Part shown: piece after piece, positions 31,138-42,102 of the stretch
Layout of the letters: each line of letters starts with the position of its first letter
How positions within the stretch are numbered: position 1 is the first letter of the stretch
Assembly (NCBI GenBank): GCA_019058275.1
Contig: JAHLVW010000015.1
Span: 32,001-96,000, forward strand
Direction of reading: 5' to 3'
Source of the DNA: Candidatus Heimdallarchaeota archaeon
GTDB taxonomy: Archaea; Asgardarchaeota; Heimdallarchaeia; JABLTI01
Length of the DNA: 64,000 nucleotides
Position numbers and translations under genes: made by a program
Notes under the pieces: generated by a model
The model's database searches: none
Seen by the model: only the letters and a program-made list of their open reading frames with translations
What the model was told of the DNA's origin: nothing

Positions 31138-34100
31138 GTGAATAACTCGGACAAAAAATTGAAAGTGAAACGAAAAATGAAGAATAGAATATTTAAAATC
31201 TCAACTGCCATGCTTTTCATTACTTTATTTGTAATGAGCAGTTATTCCCTGGCTAATATAAAGGGTTCAATTACTGAAACAGAGCCCCTTATTGCCGATA
31301 GAATATATACAGCTTCTAATTATATAGAGGGAATTAACTTGCATCCTATGAGGAGCAATGCAATTGGGGTTAATATGGAATTAATAGGTGGAAGTGTAAA
31401 TCTGCCATTTGATTTAACTACCTATAATAACTTACTTGGTTTTCAACTTGTAATTTCAAACCAAAGATTATGGCGAGATCATGCTCAAAGAAGATTTTGG
31501 GATGTTTCTGATGGTGCAACTATGCTCTTAGTTTTCAGAGGACTTACACTTGATGATGCAAAAGAAGACGCAAGAGAAATCAAACTTATGATGGAAACAC
31601 TCTATGGGTTATCCTTACATCTTGTTTTTGGAGAATGGGACAATGGTGACAGATTAGCTGTTTTTGTCTTTCAAGGACATGTTTCTGTTGGAGCTTATGA
31701 ATTATTTATTGATGAATTTGTTAGTTATGTACCAAATGCTGGCTTTGGCAAAGGTCTAACCTCTTCAGTTCTTGTCAATTCACCTGTAAAAGCTATGGGT
31801 ATTGGCTTATTACATGAAAGATTCCCAATTCCTGGCATAGGTATCACAACAGAATGGATTCCAATTTTAAGTGCAGCTTGGATTGATCCTGATGGTTTAA
31901 TCAAAGATGGAACACAAGTTGATATGAATCTTACGAACATCATGCCAAGTATTGGTCCTATAGAAGGTGCAGCATATGCAACTGCAAGTGTTGTTACTAT
32001 GAAATTACCTTATGTTGTTGATGTTCTTGAAATAGATCCACGAACAGACAATATGTATCCTCACCTTAAGGGTTACTTTGAATGGGTAGTGAAAGTAAAC
32101 TTACCATTGTTAAATTGGTCCTTAGAGAGATCATATGATGATATTTATGTGAAATATGACTTTAACTTAACTGATATGCAGAACTATCCCCAAGTAATAG
32201 GAGAAATGTCATTAGATTCCACATTACCAATAGATGGTTCAGAAGACTTAGTATGTAGCTTCACTTTTGAAAATGTTGATGATACTGAACCTGCCTATGA
32301 CATAGAATTAGCATATGGTGAATTCAAAAATAAAGACTTGGATGGTTTCACAGCTTTAGTTAACAATCCTGAATTAACATTTAATGATGCTAAAGAAATG
32401 TATTATAATGCTACATCTCAAATCTTAACTGATACAGTTATACCATTAGGTCCTCCTGAAATTGTTAAAATTACTGGTTGGTTCTGGAACAGTACAGGAA
32501 CTGCTGATTGGTTACGAAATAACCAAATTGTACTTCCTGAGGAGTTTGATAATCCTGAACAATTCATATATGTCGAAAAAGAATTCCTGCAATTGGATGA
32601 AATGGACTTTACACTAGAAAACTTGACAGATGCTAATGGTACATTGACTGGTTATTCAACATTGAAAACTACTATCCCAGTATTGAATCCAGGTGAAAAT
32701 GTTACAAAGAAATTTGCAATGCGCGATCTTCCAACAGGTAACTTTAATGAATATGTAGCTATTGAAAATACTACAAATGACTTCAGTATAATACTTAATG
32801 CAACTCACAGTTGGGAAGATCTCTTTATAATTATGATGCAACTCTTTGGTTCATCTCTGCATATTCCTGAAGATCAAGTAACATGGACTAACTGGTTCCC
32901 AGAACCAGTAATTGGATCAGCTTTTGTCTACAAAGACGGAGATGATAAGGAATATATGGGTATGACAAATGGTCTTGTTTTACAAGTCTACGATGATGAA
33001 GCAATTCTTGTAGGCAAAGTATCCTTAGATAAAGATGTATATCGATTTGGTGATAACACTACTTTTACTCTGGAGTTAACAAATATTGGAAATGCTAATG
33101 CAACTAATGTTAATTATAGTTTCTACCATGCATTTGTTACTGATGACCTTGAACTAGCATATATAGAGGAAATTGAAGATAGTGATGGTGTAATTAGCAT
33201 AATTGAACCTCTTGAAACTGTTACAAGAAATTATACAGTACCAGCAAGAACTCACATAGGTTTACATCCAGTATTCGCTATGTTCAATTATACGAGTGAT
33301 GAAGCTGATGATCCAACATATGATATTTTTAGTGCTTGTGATCATCCTGCGGTTTTAAGCTCAATGGATTTTGGCATTGTTTTGCCACCTCTTAATAAGG
33401 AACAAAATCAAGAACCAACATATCCAACACCAGAAGTAGAAGTGACTATGGATATTATAGGTTACGAAGAAAATGTCACAGAAATTGGTGATGAGTTGCT
33501 AATCAGGTATACTATTACCAATATTGGTGATGAAGACACCAACATAATATTTATCCAAAGATTTCCAATTGACGAAGTTTCTGGTACAATACTCCTAAGA
33601 CCAGTAAATGATGCAGATGAAGTTAATGTTACCGTAGATGGAGTTCCTTTCACTGATTATGATATTATTTGGGATCCAAACAACGAGCCTAATGATATTG
33701 GTATGCCAGTAGCAGCACTCGCTGATGAGATCATCAACTGGCGTGGAGCTCATGGTATTCCATTAGCTGTTGATGAAACAATGGTGATTGAATTTGCAGT
33801 AGAGGTGAATACTGCAGGAGAAATCTATCTACCACCAGCAGAGATTCGATACAGAAGTGAATATGAAATACCAGAAACAAATGCAGTTAATGAAGAACGT
33901 TCTACAGACACAGAAACTGCTGGTTCACCTGCAGGTCTCATTGCTGCATGTGATTTACCAGAGGAAATTGCATCTGTTCTCACACCACAAGTAGATCAAG
34001 AAGATTTTGCTGGTCAAAGTTCTACCAATTCTTGGGGATCCTATTCCGAAAGCTTATCCCTAGCAATTGCTGAATTAGCTGGTACTGGATTAAACTTCCT

Positions 34101-34179
34101 CTACATTGGTATTGGTGTAATTGCAGTAACTGGTGTTGCTATACTAATTTACTTCACTGCAAACGGAAAGAGAAAGTAA
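31138..34179 (+). CDS. Large acidic cell-surface protein (S-layer-like, repeated Ig/CARDB-type domains)
   Basis: Signal peptide, repeated T/F-x-x-T-N-I-G-x-x-x-A motifs, many NxS/T sites, C-terminal TM and KRK. Confidence 0.75.
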   Translation: MNNSDKKLKVKRKMKNRIFKISTAMLFITLFVMSSYSLANIKGSITETEPLIADRIYTASNYIEGINLHPMRSNAIGVNMELIGGSVNLPFDLTTYNNLLGFQLVISNQRLWRDHAQRRFWDVSDGATMLLVFRGLTLDDAKEDAREIKLMMETLYGLSLHLVFGEWDNGDRLAVFVFQGHVSVGAYELFIDEFVSYVPNAGFGKGLTSSVLVNSPVKAMGIGLLHERFPIPGIGITTEWIPILSAAWIDPDGLIKDGTQVDMNLTNIMPSIGPIEGAAYATASVVTMKLPYVVDVLEIDPRTDNMYPHLKGYFEWVVKVNLPLLNWSLERSYDDIYVKYDFNLTDMQNYPQVIGEMSLDSTLPIDGSEDLVCSFTFENVDDTEPAYDIELAYGEFKNKDLDGFTALVNNPELTFNDAKEMYYNATSQILTDTVIPLGPPEIVKITGWFWNSTGTADWLRNNQIVLPEEFDNPEQFIYVEKEFLQLDEMDFTLENLTDANGTLTGYSTLKTTIPVLNPGENVTKKFAMRDLPTGNFNEYVAIENTTNDFSIILNATHSWEDLFIIMMQLFGSSLHIPEDQVTWTNWFPEPVIGSAFVYKDGDDKEYMGMTNGLVLQVYDDEAILVGKVSLDKDVYRFGDNTTFTLELTNIGNANATNVNYSFYHAFVTDDLELAYIEEIEDSDGVISIIEPLETVTRNYTVPARTHIGLHPVFAMFNYTSDEADDPTYDIFSACDHPAVLSSMDFGIVLPPLNKEQNQEPTYPTPEVEVTMDIIGYEENVTEIGDELLIRYTITNIGDEDTNIIFIQRFPIDEVSGTILLRPVNDADEVNVTVDGVPFTDYDIIWDPNNEPNDIGMPVAALADEIINWRGAHGIPLAVDETMVIEFAVEVNTAGEIYLPPAEIRYRSEYEIPETNAVNEERSTDTETAGSPAGLIAACDLPEEIASVLTPQVDQEDFAGQSSTNSWGSYSESLSLAIAELAGTGLNFLYIGIGVIAVTGVAILIYFTANGKRK

Positions 34180-34209
34180 AAAACCTCCCCTCGTTCACCC
34201 TCTTTCAAA

Positions 34210-34238
34210 ATGAAAAAAGGGTAATAACCCTTTTTCAT
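34210..34238 (+). terminator. Hairpin downstream of the surface-protein gene
   Basis: AAAAAGGGT-AATA-ACCCTTTTT stem followed by T-tracts. Confidence 0.55.
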
Positions 34239-34342
34239 ACTATTTTTTCTAATTTTTATTTTGATAATGCTTTTTCTTGGTAATGTTCCTACCGAAATGA
34301 TTTTGAGTAAAACAATCATAATGCTATTGAGGATTTAAGAAG

Positions 34343-36283
34343 ATGTCTAAAAAGGAAGTTAGCTCTGACTACTTACGAGCCAGGGGTCTAAGTGAGCAAG
34401 AGATTCTAGTTTATTCAACAGTTTTAGGATTGGGTAGTGCAACTATCGGGGAAATTAATTTAGCCATTAAAATGGTGCTACCTGAAATCTATGTTCAAAT
34501 GAAACAATTAGAAGAAATTGGTTATATTAAGCAAATCCCTGGAAAAATTCCCAGATACATCGCGATGGAACCATTTCTAAAAGATTATGCTCAAGTAACT
34601 GCAGAAGTGAAACTTGGATTAATTAAGATTAAAGATAATTTCATATCACAAGCTGGACAATTCGACACAAAAATTAAGACCATTGTTCCTGGATTAGGTG
34701 ATTTTTGTGAAAATGAAAAGAACAAAAAATTGAATGATTCAGCTGTTAGAATTGATCGTTTGGAAGAAAGCATTAAACAAGTAGTTGAAAACAACTATCA
34801 ACAGCTAAAATATCTTGGAAGTACTTTATCAACTTGGACTTCAGAAAGTATCAAACAAACTCTTCCGGCTTTTGAAGAGGATTTAGAGAAAAGTAAAGAC
34901 AGTTTTGTTTCTACTATTTCAAAATATGCTGATTCCCTTGTTATTGATTCACGAGATATAAGAGATAAATTAGAAAAATCTACCATTCACCACAAAATCT
35001 TAGTTGCTGAAAGGTTAGAGAAATTAAAAGGTGATATTGATCAAGGATTAACTGAATTACGAGACAATATTGTCAAGAAGAATTTTACTACCTCTACAAG
35101 TTATAGTGCTAATTTAGATGAAAAGGATATTCAAGCGCGAGAAAGTGCTGCTGAAGTTATAAGTAGTCTAATTAGAAATGTCATTGTTCTCGCTCGCGAA
35201 AAACCAGGAGATATTAGTAGCGAGACTGCTCAAATGATTAACAACTCCTTGGGACCACTTTTCAGGAACTTTGACTTTCTGCAAAATGAAGTTAAAACCA
35301 CCCTTGTAACTCTATTAGAGGACAATTCTGAGGAAGTTTCCGTGCTCGTTCGTCATGTTAATAACTTGGTAGATGGCTCAATTCCAGAAGTTCTAGAAAT
35401 AGTAACTAACCATCTTGAGGAAAGTCGCGACGAATCTGCTAGATTTATTGATCAAAAGATAACTGATCCCTTTAAAGAATTAGAGAAGATGAAGGGAGAT
35501 ATTTCTCAAGATATTCTTTTGTTCAAAGAAAATATCAAACGAGAAGCAATAAGGCAAGATGAGATTGCGAAAGCATCTATAGTTGATCGATTAATAAAAG
35601 CAGAAGAGCGTATCGAACTAACTAAAATTGAAGTAAAAGATGCTCTTTCATTATCGAGAATTGAAGTTGAAGATCTAGTTCAAACTTTAATTAAGAACAT
35701 TATAAATGAAAATTCATCAAAAATTGAGCAAACTGCACAGATTATGACTGAAGCAGGAACGGCTTTAGAGAACACATTAGGTAATACTATTTACTTACTT
35801 GATAATTCAGGAAAAACATTCGACGGCATTCTCAATATGTCTGAGAAAGTAATGCCTATCGATGAGCTTGAACTAGAGCTTATTTATGGCAATAATAGCA
35901 TTGAAAGATCAATGAGAGATATGCTTTTACGAGCTAAAGAAGAATTCATTGTTATTACGCCTTATGTCAACACTGAATACTTGTATGAAATAGAAAAACA
36001 GCCACAGATAACTAACTACCAAATAATTTCTAATATAAGAGAAGAGGATGTTGGTCTTCTAACCTCACTTGTTAAGAGAGGTAATGTTAGTACTTTGAAT
36101 TACAAGGGAATGGACTTTTGGATTGCTATCAAAGATAATGAAGAAATTCTTTACGCACCAAAAATTAGTGCTGAAAAGAATATTGCATTTTATACAACAA
36201 ATCCAAAATTCTACAAGATCTTCTTTGATTTAACAAACCAGAATATCTTTTCAAAGATGAAAGCTCAGGAATTTCAATCCTAA
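34343..36283 (+). CDS. TrmB-type wHTH + long coiled coil + PLD-like effector domain
   Basis: GLSEQEILVYSTVL...LEEIGYI..IPGKIPRY (TrmB HTH); about 400 aa heptad-rich region; AKEEFIVITPY...IKDNEEIL C-domain. Confidence 0.78.
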   Translation: MSKKEVSSDYLRARGLSEQEILVYSTVLGLGSATIGEINLAIKMVLPEIYVQMKQLEEIGYIKQIPGKIPRYIAMEPFLKDYAQVTAEVKLGLIKIKDNFISQAGQFDTKIKTIVPGLGDFCENEKNKKLNDSAVRIDRLEESIKQVVENNYQQLKYLGSTLSTWTSESIKQTLPAFEEDLEKSKDSFVSTISKYADSLVIDSRDIRDKLEKSTIHHKILVAERLEKLKGDIDQGLTELRDNIVKKNFTTSTSYSANLDEKDIQARESAAEVISSLIRNVIVLAREKPGDISSETAQMINNSLGPLFRNFDFLQNEVKTTLVTLLEDNSEEVSVLVRHVNNLVDGSIPEVLEIVTNHLEESRDESARFIDQKITDPFKELEKMKGDISQDILLFKENIKREAIRQDEIAKASIVDRLIKAEERIELTKIEVKDALSLSRIEVEDLVQTLIKNIINENSSKIEQTAQIMTEAGTALENTLGNTIYLLDNSGKTFDGILNMSEKVMPIDELELELIYGNNSIERSMRDMLLRAKEEFIVITPYVNTEYLYEIEKQPQITNYQIISNIREEDVGLLTSLVKRGNVSTLNYKGMDFWIAIKDNEEILYAPKISAEKNIAFYTTNPKFYKIFFDLTNQNIFSKMKAQEFQS

Positions 36284-36404
36284 GCTCCTTCTTTTCTTTT
36301 ATAGTGTTATATAGATAACAAAATACCTTAAATATTAGTAATAAAATTCACTTAAGTGAGTAATATTTACTGATATCGAATAATTTTTAATTGGAGGACA
36401 CTAA

Positions 36405-36746
36405 ATGCCAAAAAGGAACGAAAAGAGCGCTGAAATATCAGGTATGATGGCAGAATTATATGAGCTAAGTATTCCTGGACAGTTGATTGGTAAAGAGGTA
36501 ATTGATGCATCTGCAAGAAAGATTGGTGTTATCCGAAATGTTAAACTAACCTTTCCCCCTGCTAAAATAAACGTAATTATTAAGGGGCTTGATATAGAAT
36601 TCCAATTACCAATGGATTCTATTTCCACTGTTGGTGGAGTAGTTCAATTAAAAGAAACTGTTAAACAAGCAGAAGAGTTAGAAATTCGTGATGTTGCACG
36701 ACTACGAGAAGAAATTGCTAATGAAATTGCTGCTTATCTAAGGTAA
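36405..36746 (+). CDS. PRC-barrel protein
   Basis: LIGKEVIDASARKIGVI...LPMDSISTVGGVVQLK; SD GGAGG. Confidence 0.85.
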   Translation: MPKRNEKSAEISGMMAELYELSIPGQLIGKEVIDASARKIGVIRNVKLTFPPAKINVIIKGLDIEFQLPMDSISTVGGVVQLKETVKQAEELEIRDVARLREEIANEIAAYLR

Positions 36747-36913
36747 TATTCTTTGTTGGTTTTATCCTTCATTACCTTCTTATTTTCTTGAATTGATGTA
36801 ATTTACCTCCAAAAAAACATCTAAAAAGGGATTTCAACCATTTATAAGTAGCATAGAACAAACTTTGTTCTACATGATAGAAATCTTACCTATCCTTATT
36901 AGGAGGTACAAAA

Positions 36914-38203
36914 TTGTCTGAAAATAACGAAAGAATGCTCCGAGAAGAAATAAGTGCAGCTGTTAATGAAAAGGATTACACCATTGCTGTTACAAAAGCT
37001 GAACAGATGGCTGGTTATTTTGAAGAAATTGGCGATTCTGAAAAAGCTAAAGAAGCTTGGATGGAAGCTGCTAAATTGTTTTTAGAATGGTCTCAAAACC
37101 AACGAGATAATAAAACTCATAAAAATTCTGCAAAATCTATGGTTCATGCTGCAGATATTTTTGGTAATTTGGGAGTTGAAAGAGAAGCTGCTCAAGCCAT
37201 TGATTTAGCTGCTCAAGATTTAGCATTAGCTGGAGATGAATATATTGTTTGGAAACAACCAGTTGGTGCGGGAGTATGCTATTCTGCTGCTGCTATACTA
37301 TATGTGCTAGTATCTCAAGAAGAAAAAGCACATCAAGTGATAAATCAAGTAAAAACTAGAGTAGATGCTTTAAGACATGATTCTGCTGCAAATGCAATGA
37401 TGGACTTACCTTTGCAATTAATATATGCAAAGAATCAGCTTGATATTCAGCTTCTTAATAATGTCAAAACAATGATTTACTCGAGTCTCATTCCTGCATT
37501 AACTAATAGTGGATTATCTGAATTTACATCTTATATTGAGAGAACAGTATTAGGTGTAGAGAGTTATATCAACGCAACTCAAAAATATCCAATACTTGAG
37601 TATGAAGTTAAAATGAAGGGAGAGGTTCAAGTTGATGAGGCTTTTGACATACAAGTTATGGTAAAGAATTCTGGAGAAGACACAGCTCATAACATTGAAC
37701 TTGAAATGGTACCAAAGAAAGAAGTAACAATCGTCAGAGAATTTAGTAAACTAAAAGCAACTGAAATTCCACCTGGATCAGCAGTAGCCTTAACATGGCG
37801 CTGTATTGTTAAATCAGAACATCTTATCGAAGAAACTCAACAAATCAACCTATCTGCGAGATTGAGTTTCTCTGACTCTAAAGGTTTACAGCAAACACTA
37901 ACTGTTAGTCCTATTGCTTTCTCGACTATGAGTACAAAAGAACAAGATCAATTAGGTATGGAATTGAAGGTTCTAAAAGATAACATACAGAAATACAAAG
38001 AGAATTTATTACCAATTGCAGAAAAAGCTGGTGAAAAAGTCGTTTCAAAGATTTTTGATATAATTGCTCAATTGATTGATCAAGCTGAAGGTTTTGTTGG
38101 AGCCGGTGCAGTTCAAGATGCAAAAGCTTGGAACAAACTTCTACAATTAATCTTAGAACTCATAAATGATATACCAAATCAAATTGAAATTGATAAAGAA
38201 TAA
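36914..38203 (+). CDS. Cytoplasmic alpha-solenoid (SNAP/TPR-like) + Ig-like domain protein
   Basis: Ala-rich helical repeats, then V.VDEAFDIQVMVKNSGEDTAHNIEL...IPPGS; SD AGGAGG; no signal peptide. Confidence 0.7.
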   Translation: MSENNERMLREEISAAVNEKDYTIAVTKAEQMAGYFEEIGDSEKAKEAWMEAAKLFLEWSQNQRDNKTHKNSAKSMVHAADIFGNLGVEREAAQAIDLAAQDLALAGDEYIVWKQPVGAGVCYSAAAILYVLVSQEEKAHQVINQVKTRVDALRHDSAANAMMDLPLQLIYAKNQLDIQLLNNVKTMIYSSLIPALTNSGLSEFTSYIERTVLGVESYINATQKYPILEYEVKMKGEVQVDEAFDIQVMVKNSGEDTAHNIELEMVPKKEVTIVREFSKLKATEIPPGSAVALTWRCIVKSEHLIEETQQINLSARLSFSDSKGLQQTLTVSPIAFSTMSTKEQDQLGMELKVLKDNIQKYKENLLPIAEKAGEKVVSKIFDIIAQLIDQAEGFVGAGAVQDAKAWNKLLQLILELINDIPNQIEIDKE

Positions 38204-38215
38204 TATTTCTTATAG

Positions 38216-38237
38216 AAAGGTAACGTTAATACCTTTT
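38216..38237. terminator. Hairpin between convergent genes
   Basis: AAAGGTA...TACCTTT inverted repeat with flanking T-tracts. Confidence 0.4.
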
Positions 38238-38254
38238 CTTTCCTTTATTTTTAT

Positions 38255-39673
38255 TCAGGAATCAGATGCAAGTTTTGTGCTCCAAGGATATCTTTCTAAT
38301 ATAGTAGAAATTACAGATTGTACTTTCCTTGCTTCATAGGTTTTATCATAGTAAAGAAAGATGCCATGTCCTCCTCTAATTCTCTTTAATTGCTGATAAA
38401 CAGTTTTAGTTGTTCGAACACAATCATAAATAATCAATTTATCAGCTTCTGGAAGATCAATATCTCTTTCACCAACAGGTGACATAATTATTGCTGCTTT
38501 TCCATCATAATTTCGAAAACTTTGCAAAACTACATTTTTATCGAAGATTTGTCCTGTTATCAAAAAGGGTTTTATTTTTGCTCGAGTTAAAAATAAACTA
38601 ATTGTTTTTGCAGTTCTAATGTATGAACATAGAATAACTGTTTTGTTGGTGTTTTTAGCAATTTCAACAGCTTTCAGAATTTTTTGTGGTGTAACAGATA
38701 ATTCACTTTCGTCGATATCTGGATATCTATAAAGGAATTTCTTTAATTGCTGAGGAATCATTGAAAACAAATACTTTCTCAATAAGGTTAGAGATTGTGC
38801 TTTACCACGAAGAGATTCAGTAACAGGAGCTTGAAGCAATGCTTGAGGACCTATAGCATCTACTTGTTTTAGGTAATCAGGATCTTCTTCTCGTAATTCT
38901 GCACGGATATCATTGTATGCTTCTTTTAACAAATCATCAATAATTTCTGATATTTCAATAATTGAAGGATCAGAAACAGGTATTGCTTCAACTGTTGTTT
39001 CTTTTGTGAATTTAGCAACATCAGTTCCTGTGAGACAATCCATATAGATTAGTTCAACATCTGGTATAAATTCAACCAAGGTGTCTAATTCTTTGCGTAA
39101 TTCGATTTGATCTTGATCAAGGACATAATGAGAATCACGTAAAGTTCCAGACATTCCAATAAATAATGATGAGCTAAGTTTGCCGATCAATTCAGGCCAA
39201 GGGTAGACCAAAACTCTTCTAGAACCCATTCGACGAATCAATTTGTCTACTTCATTAATTATAACAATATCAAATGATTCAGCTAATGTTCTGGGACCTT
39301 TATTCAGTATATTTGATAGTTTTTGAGGTGTGCAAAGAATAACTCGAGAATCTTGAAGCAACTTTTGAGCAAAAGAATTACTTATTCCGGGACCGATCCA
39401 ATTGAATCCCTCAACACCGCCATATTCATTTTGCAGGAAATCTTTTGTTTCTACTAGAGATGAGGAAGATAAAACAATAAAAATTATTTTTTTATCAGGA
39501 AAAAGAGTAGTCAATAGCTCATAAGTAATTACCCTTTTACCCATACCACAATCAAGTTCAAGTATAACACTTTTATCTTTACTAGTATGCAATTTGATTA
39601 AATCGAGTATGAGTTTCTGGTAACCACGAGGTTTAATTTTCCTATCTACTTTCTGCATCAATTTCTTCCTCAA
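38255..39673 (-). CDS. SF2 helicase-like protein (Hef/FANCM-like) with degenerate motifs
   Basis: KPRGYQ Q motif, CGMGKR, CTPQK, NEVD, GMSGT, VGERDIDLP. Confidence 0.78.
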   Translation of the reverse strand: MRKKLMQKVDRKIKPRGYQKLILDLIKLHTSKDKSVILELDCGMGKRVITYELLTTLFPDKKIIFIVLSSSSLVETKDFLQNEYGGVEGFNWIGPGISNSFAQKLLQDSRVILCTPQKLSNILNKGPRTLAESFDIVIINEVDKLIRRMGSRRVLVYPWPELIGKLSSSLFIGMSGTLRDSHYVLDQDQIELRKELDTLVEFIPDVELIYMDCLTGTDVAKFTKETTVEAIPVSDPSIIEISEIIDDLLKEAYNDIRAELREEDPDYLKQVDAIGPQALLQAPVTESLRGKAQSLTLLRKYLFSMIPQQLKKFLYRYPDIDESELSVTPQKILKAVEIAKNTNKTVILCSYIRTAKTISLFLTRAKIKPFLITGQIFDKNVVLQSFRNYDGKAAIIMSPVGERDIDLPEADKLIIYDCVRTTKTVYQQLKRIRGGHGIFLYYDKTYEARKVQSVISTILERYPWSTKLASDS

Positions 39674-39707
39674 TATTATAGTGACATTTTTCTTTAATAA
39701 AATATAA

Positions 39708-39875
39708 AGGGGCTAAAAAGGCGCCCCTCAATATGATAGCAAAGTTTGTGCTGGGCGCACAAAATTGAAGAACGATGATTTATTTTTCTTATCTCTTGCC
39801 GAGGAGATGATATTGCCGAGGTTTCAACCCAAAAGTAAATTCGTTCTTCATCTAAATAGATTAGTGGTCTATCAA
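39708..39875. ncRNA. Candidate structured RNA / cis-regulatory leader between nusA and the helicase-like gene
   Basis: Several perfect stems in a locally GC-richer intergenic segment (see findings); family not recognised. Confidence 0.45.
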
Positions 39876-39959
39876 TTATAAAAAGAAACACAGAAGAGTT
39901 CACCGAAAGTATTGTGGCTATTTTTAAATAAAAATAAGAAAAATCACTTTGTCGTTTTT

Positions 39960-40403
39960 TCATTGATTACTTATAATTACGTTTTCAATGTCAAAATGTC
40001 TTTTAGCTAAAAGTCTAGCACGTTCAATGTTACGACCATCCTTACCAATAGCTAAACCTCTTTGCCCTTGCTTAATTGTTACAAAAGCGAGGTTTGGTTT
40101 ATCTTTTCTTCTAACAACTACAACTTTCTCAACACAAGCAGGTACAAGTGCATTTTTTATGAATCGTTCAGGATCATCATCATCTTCTACAATTTCAATA
40201 TCCTTTGCTAACATTGATTTTAGTTTCTTAATGTTTAATCCACTTCGTCCTATTGCTGTACCTACAGCACCACGTCTTACAACAAAAATAACTCTATCAA
40301 GTTTCTTGTCTATAACGCAATCCTTAGCACTTATCTTAGTAACATTAGTAAAGACATTCATGGTTTTCATTTCATCGAGGGATAATTTGATTCCTCTTGA
40401 CAG
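39960..40403 (-). CDS. nusA: Archaeal NusA (KH domains)
   Basis: AIGRSG.NI and AIGKDGRNI..A..L..RH motifs; N-terminus extended to a probable CTG start at 40403. Confidence 0.95.
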   Translation of the reverse strand: MSRGIKLSLDEMKTMNVFTNVTKISAKDCVIDKKLDRVIFVVRRGAVGTAIGRSGLNIKKLKSMLAKDIEIVEDDDDPERFIKNALVPACVEKVVVVRRKDKPNLAFVTIKQGQRGLAIGKDGRNIERARLLAKRHFDIENVIISNQ

Positions 40404-40439
40404 TTTTTACACGACCTGCATAATTAACTTTAGAGTTGG

Positions 40440-40748
40440 TTATTTTTTCTTCAGCATTCTTAGAATTTTGCTATCACCAAGTTCATATACTGAAATGGCT
40501 GAAACAACGTGTCCCCTACCACATAAAGCACCTAATTCATAACCATTTCCATGGTAATTAACTATAGGAATATTGGCCAATTTAGAATAGTACTCTATTT
40601 GGTCTCTTTTCTCTTTTGGACAATTAGCAGCTAAAATTATTAATTGTGCTCGTCCAAATTTGACAGCTTTTACAGTTCGATTAATTCCATAATCCTTTTT
40701 GCCAGTTCTAGCAATAATTTGTATTTCTCTATTTATATCGTATGACAT
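40440..40748 (-). CDS. rpl30e: Ribosomal protein eL30
   Basis: TGK..G, IILAANCP, ELGALCGR..., GDSKIL; conserved position after rpoA''. Confidence 0.95.
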   Translation of the reverse strand: MSYDINREIQIIARTGKKDYGINRTVKAVKFGRAQLIILAANCPKEKRDQIEYYSKLANIPIVNYHGNGYELGALCGRGHVVSAISVYELGDSKILRMLKKK

Positions 40749-40855
40749 ATTACTTTTCTCCAACTTTTGTTTTCTCAAAGTAATGTTATTATTTTACTCC
40801 CAAGAAAAAGAGAATTTAAATCATTCGCTTATATTGAAAAGTAGATTCTTCTCTC

Positions 40856-42088
<1,233 letters not shown>

Positions 42089-42102
42089 TTACCACCCTCA
42101 AA

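Noticed and set aside
39708-39875. SRP RNA, RNase P RNA, tRNA, C/D sRNA or SECIS identity
   Set aside because: No SRP helix-8 motif, no RNase P P4 consensus, no T-loop, no CUGA D box and no nearby selenoprotein
39694-39963. 89-aa ORF after nusA
   Set aside because: No recognisable motif; overlaps a structured element better explained as RNA or regulatory sequence
39988-40542. 184-aa + strand ORF
   Set aside because: Antisense to nusA and rpl30e
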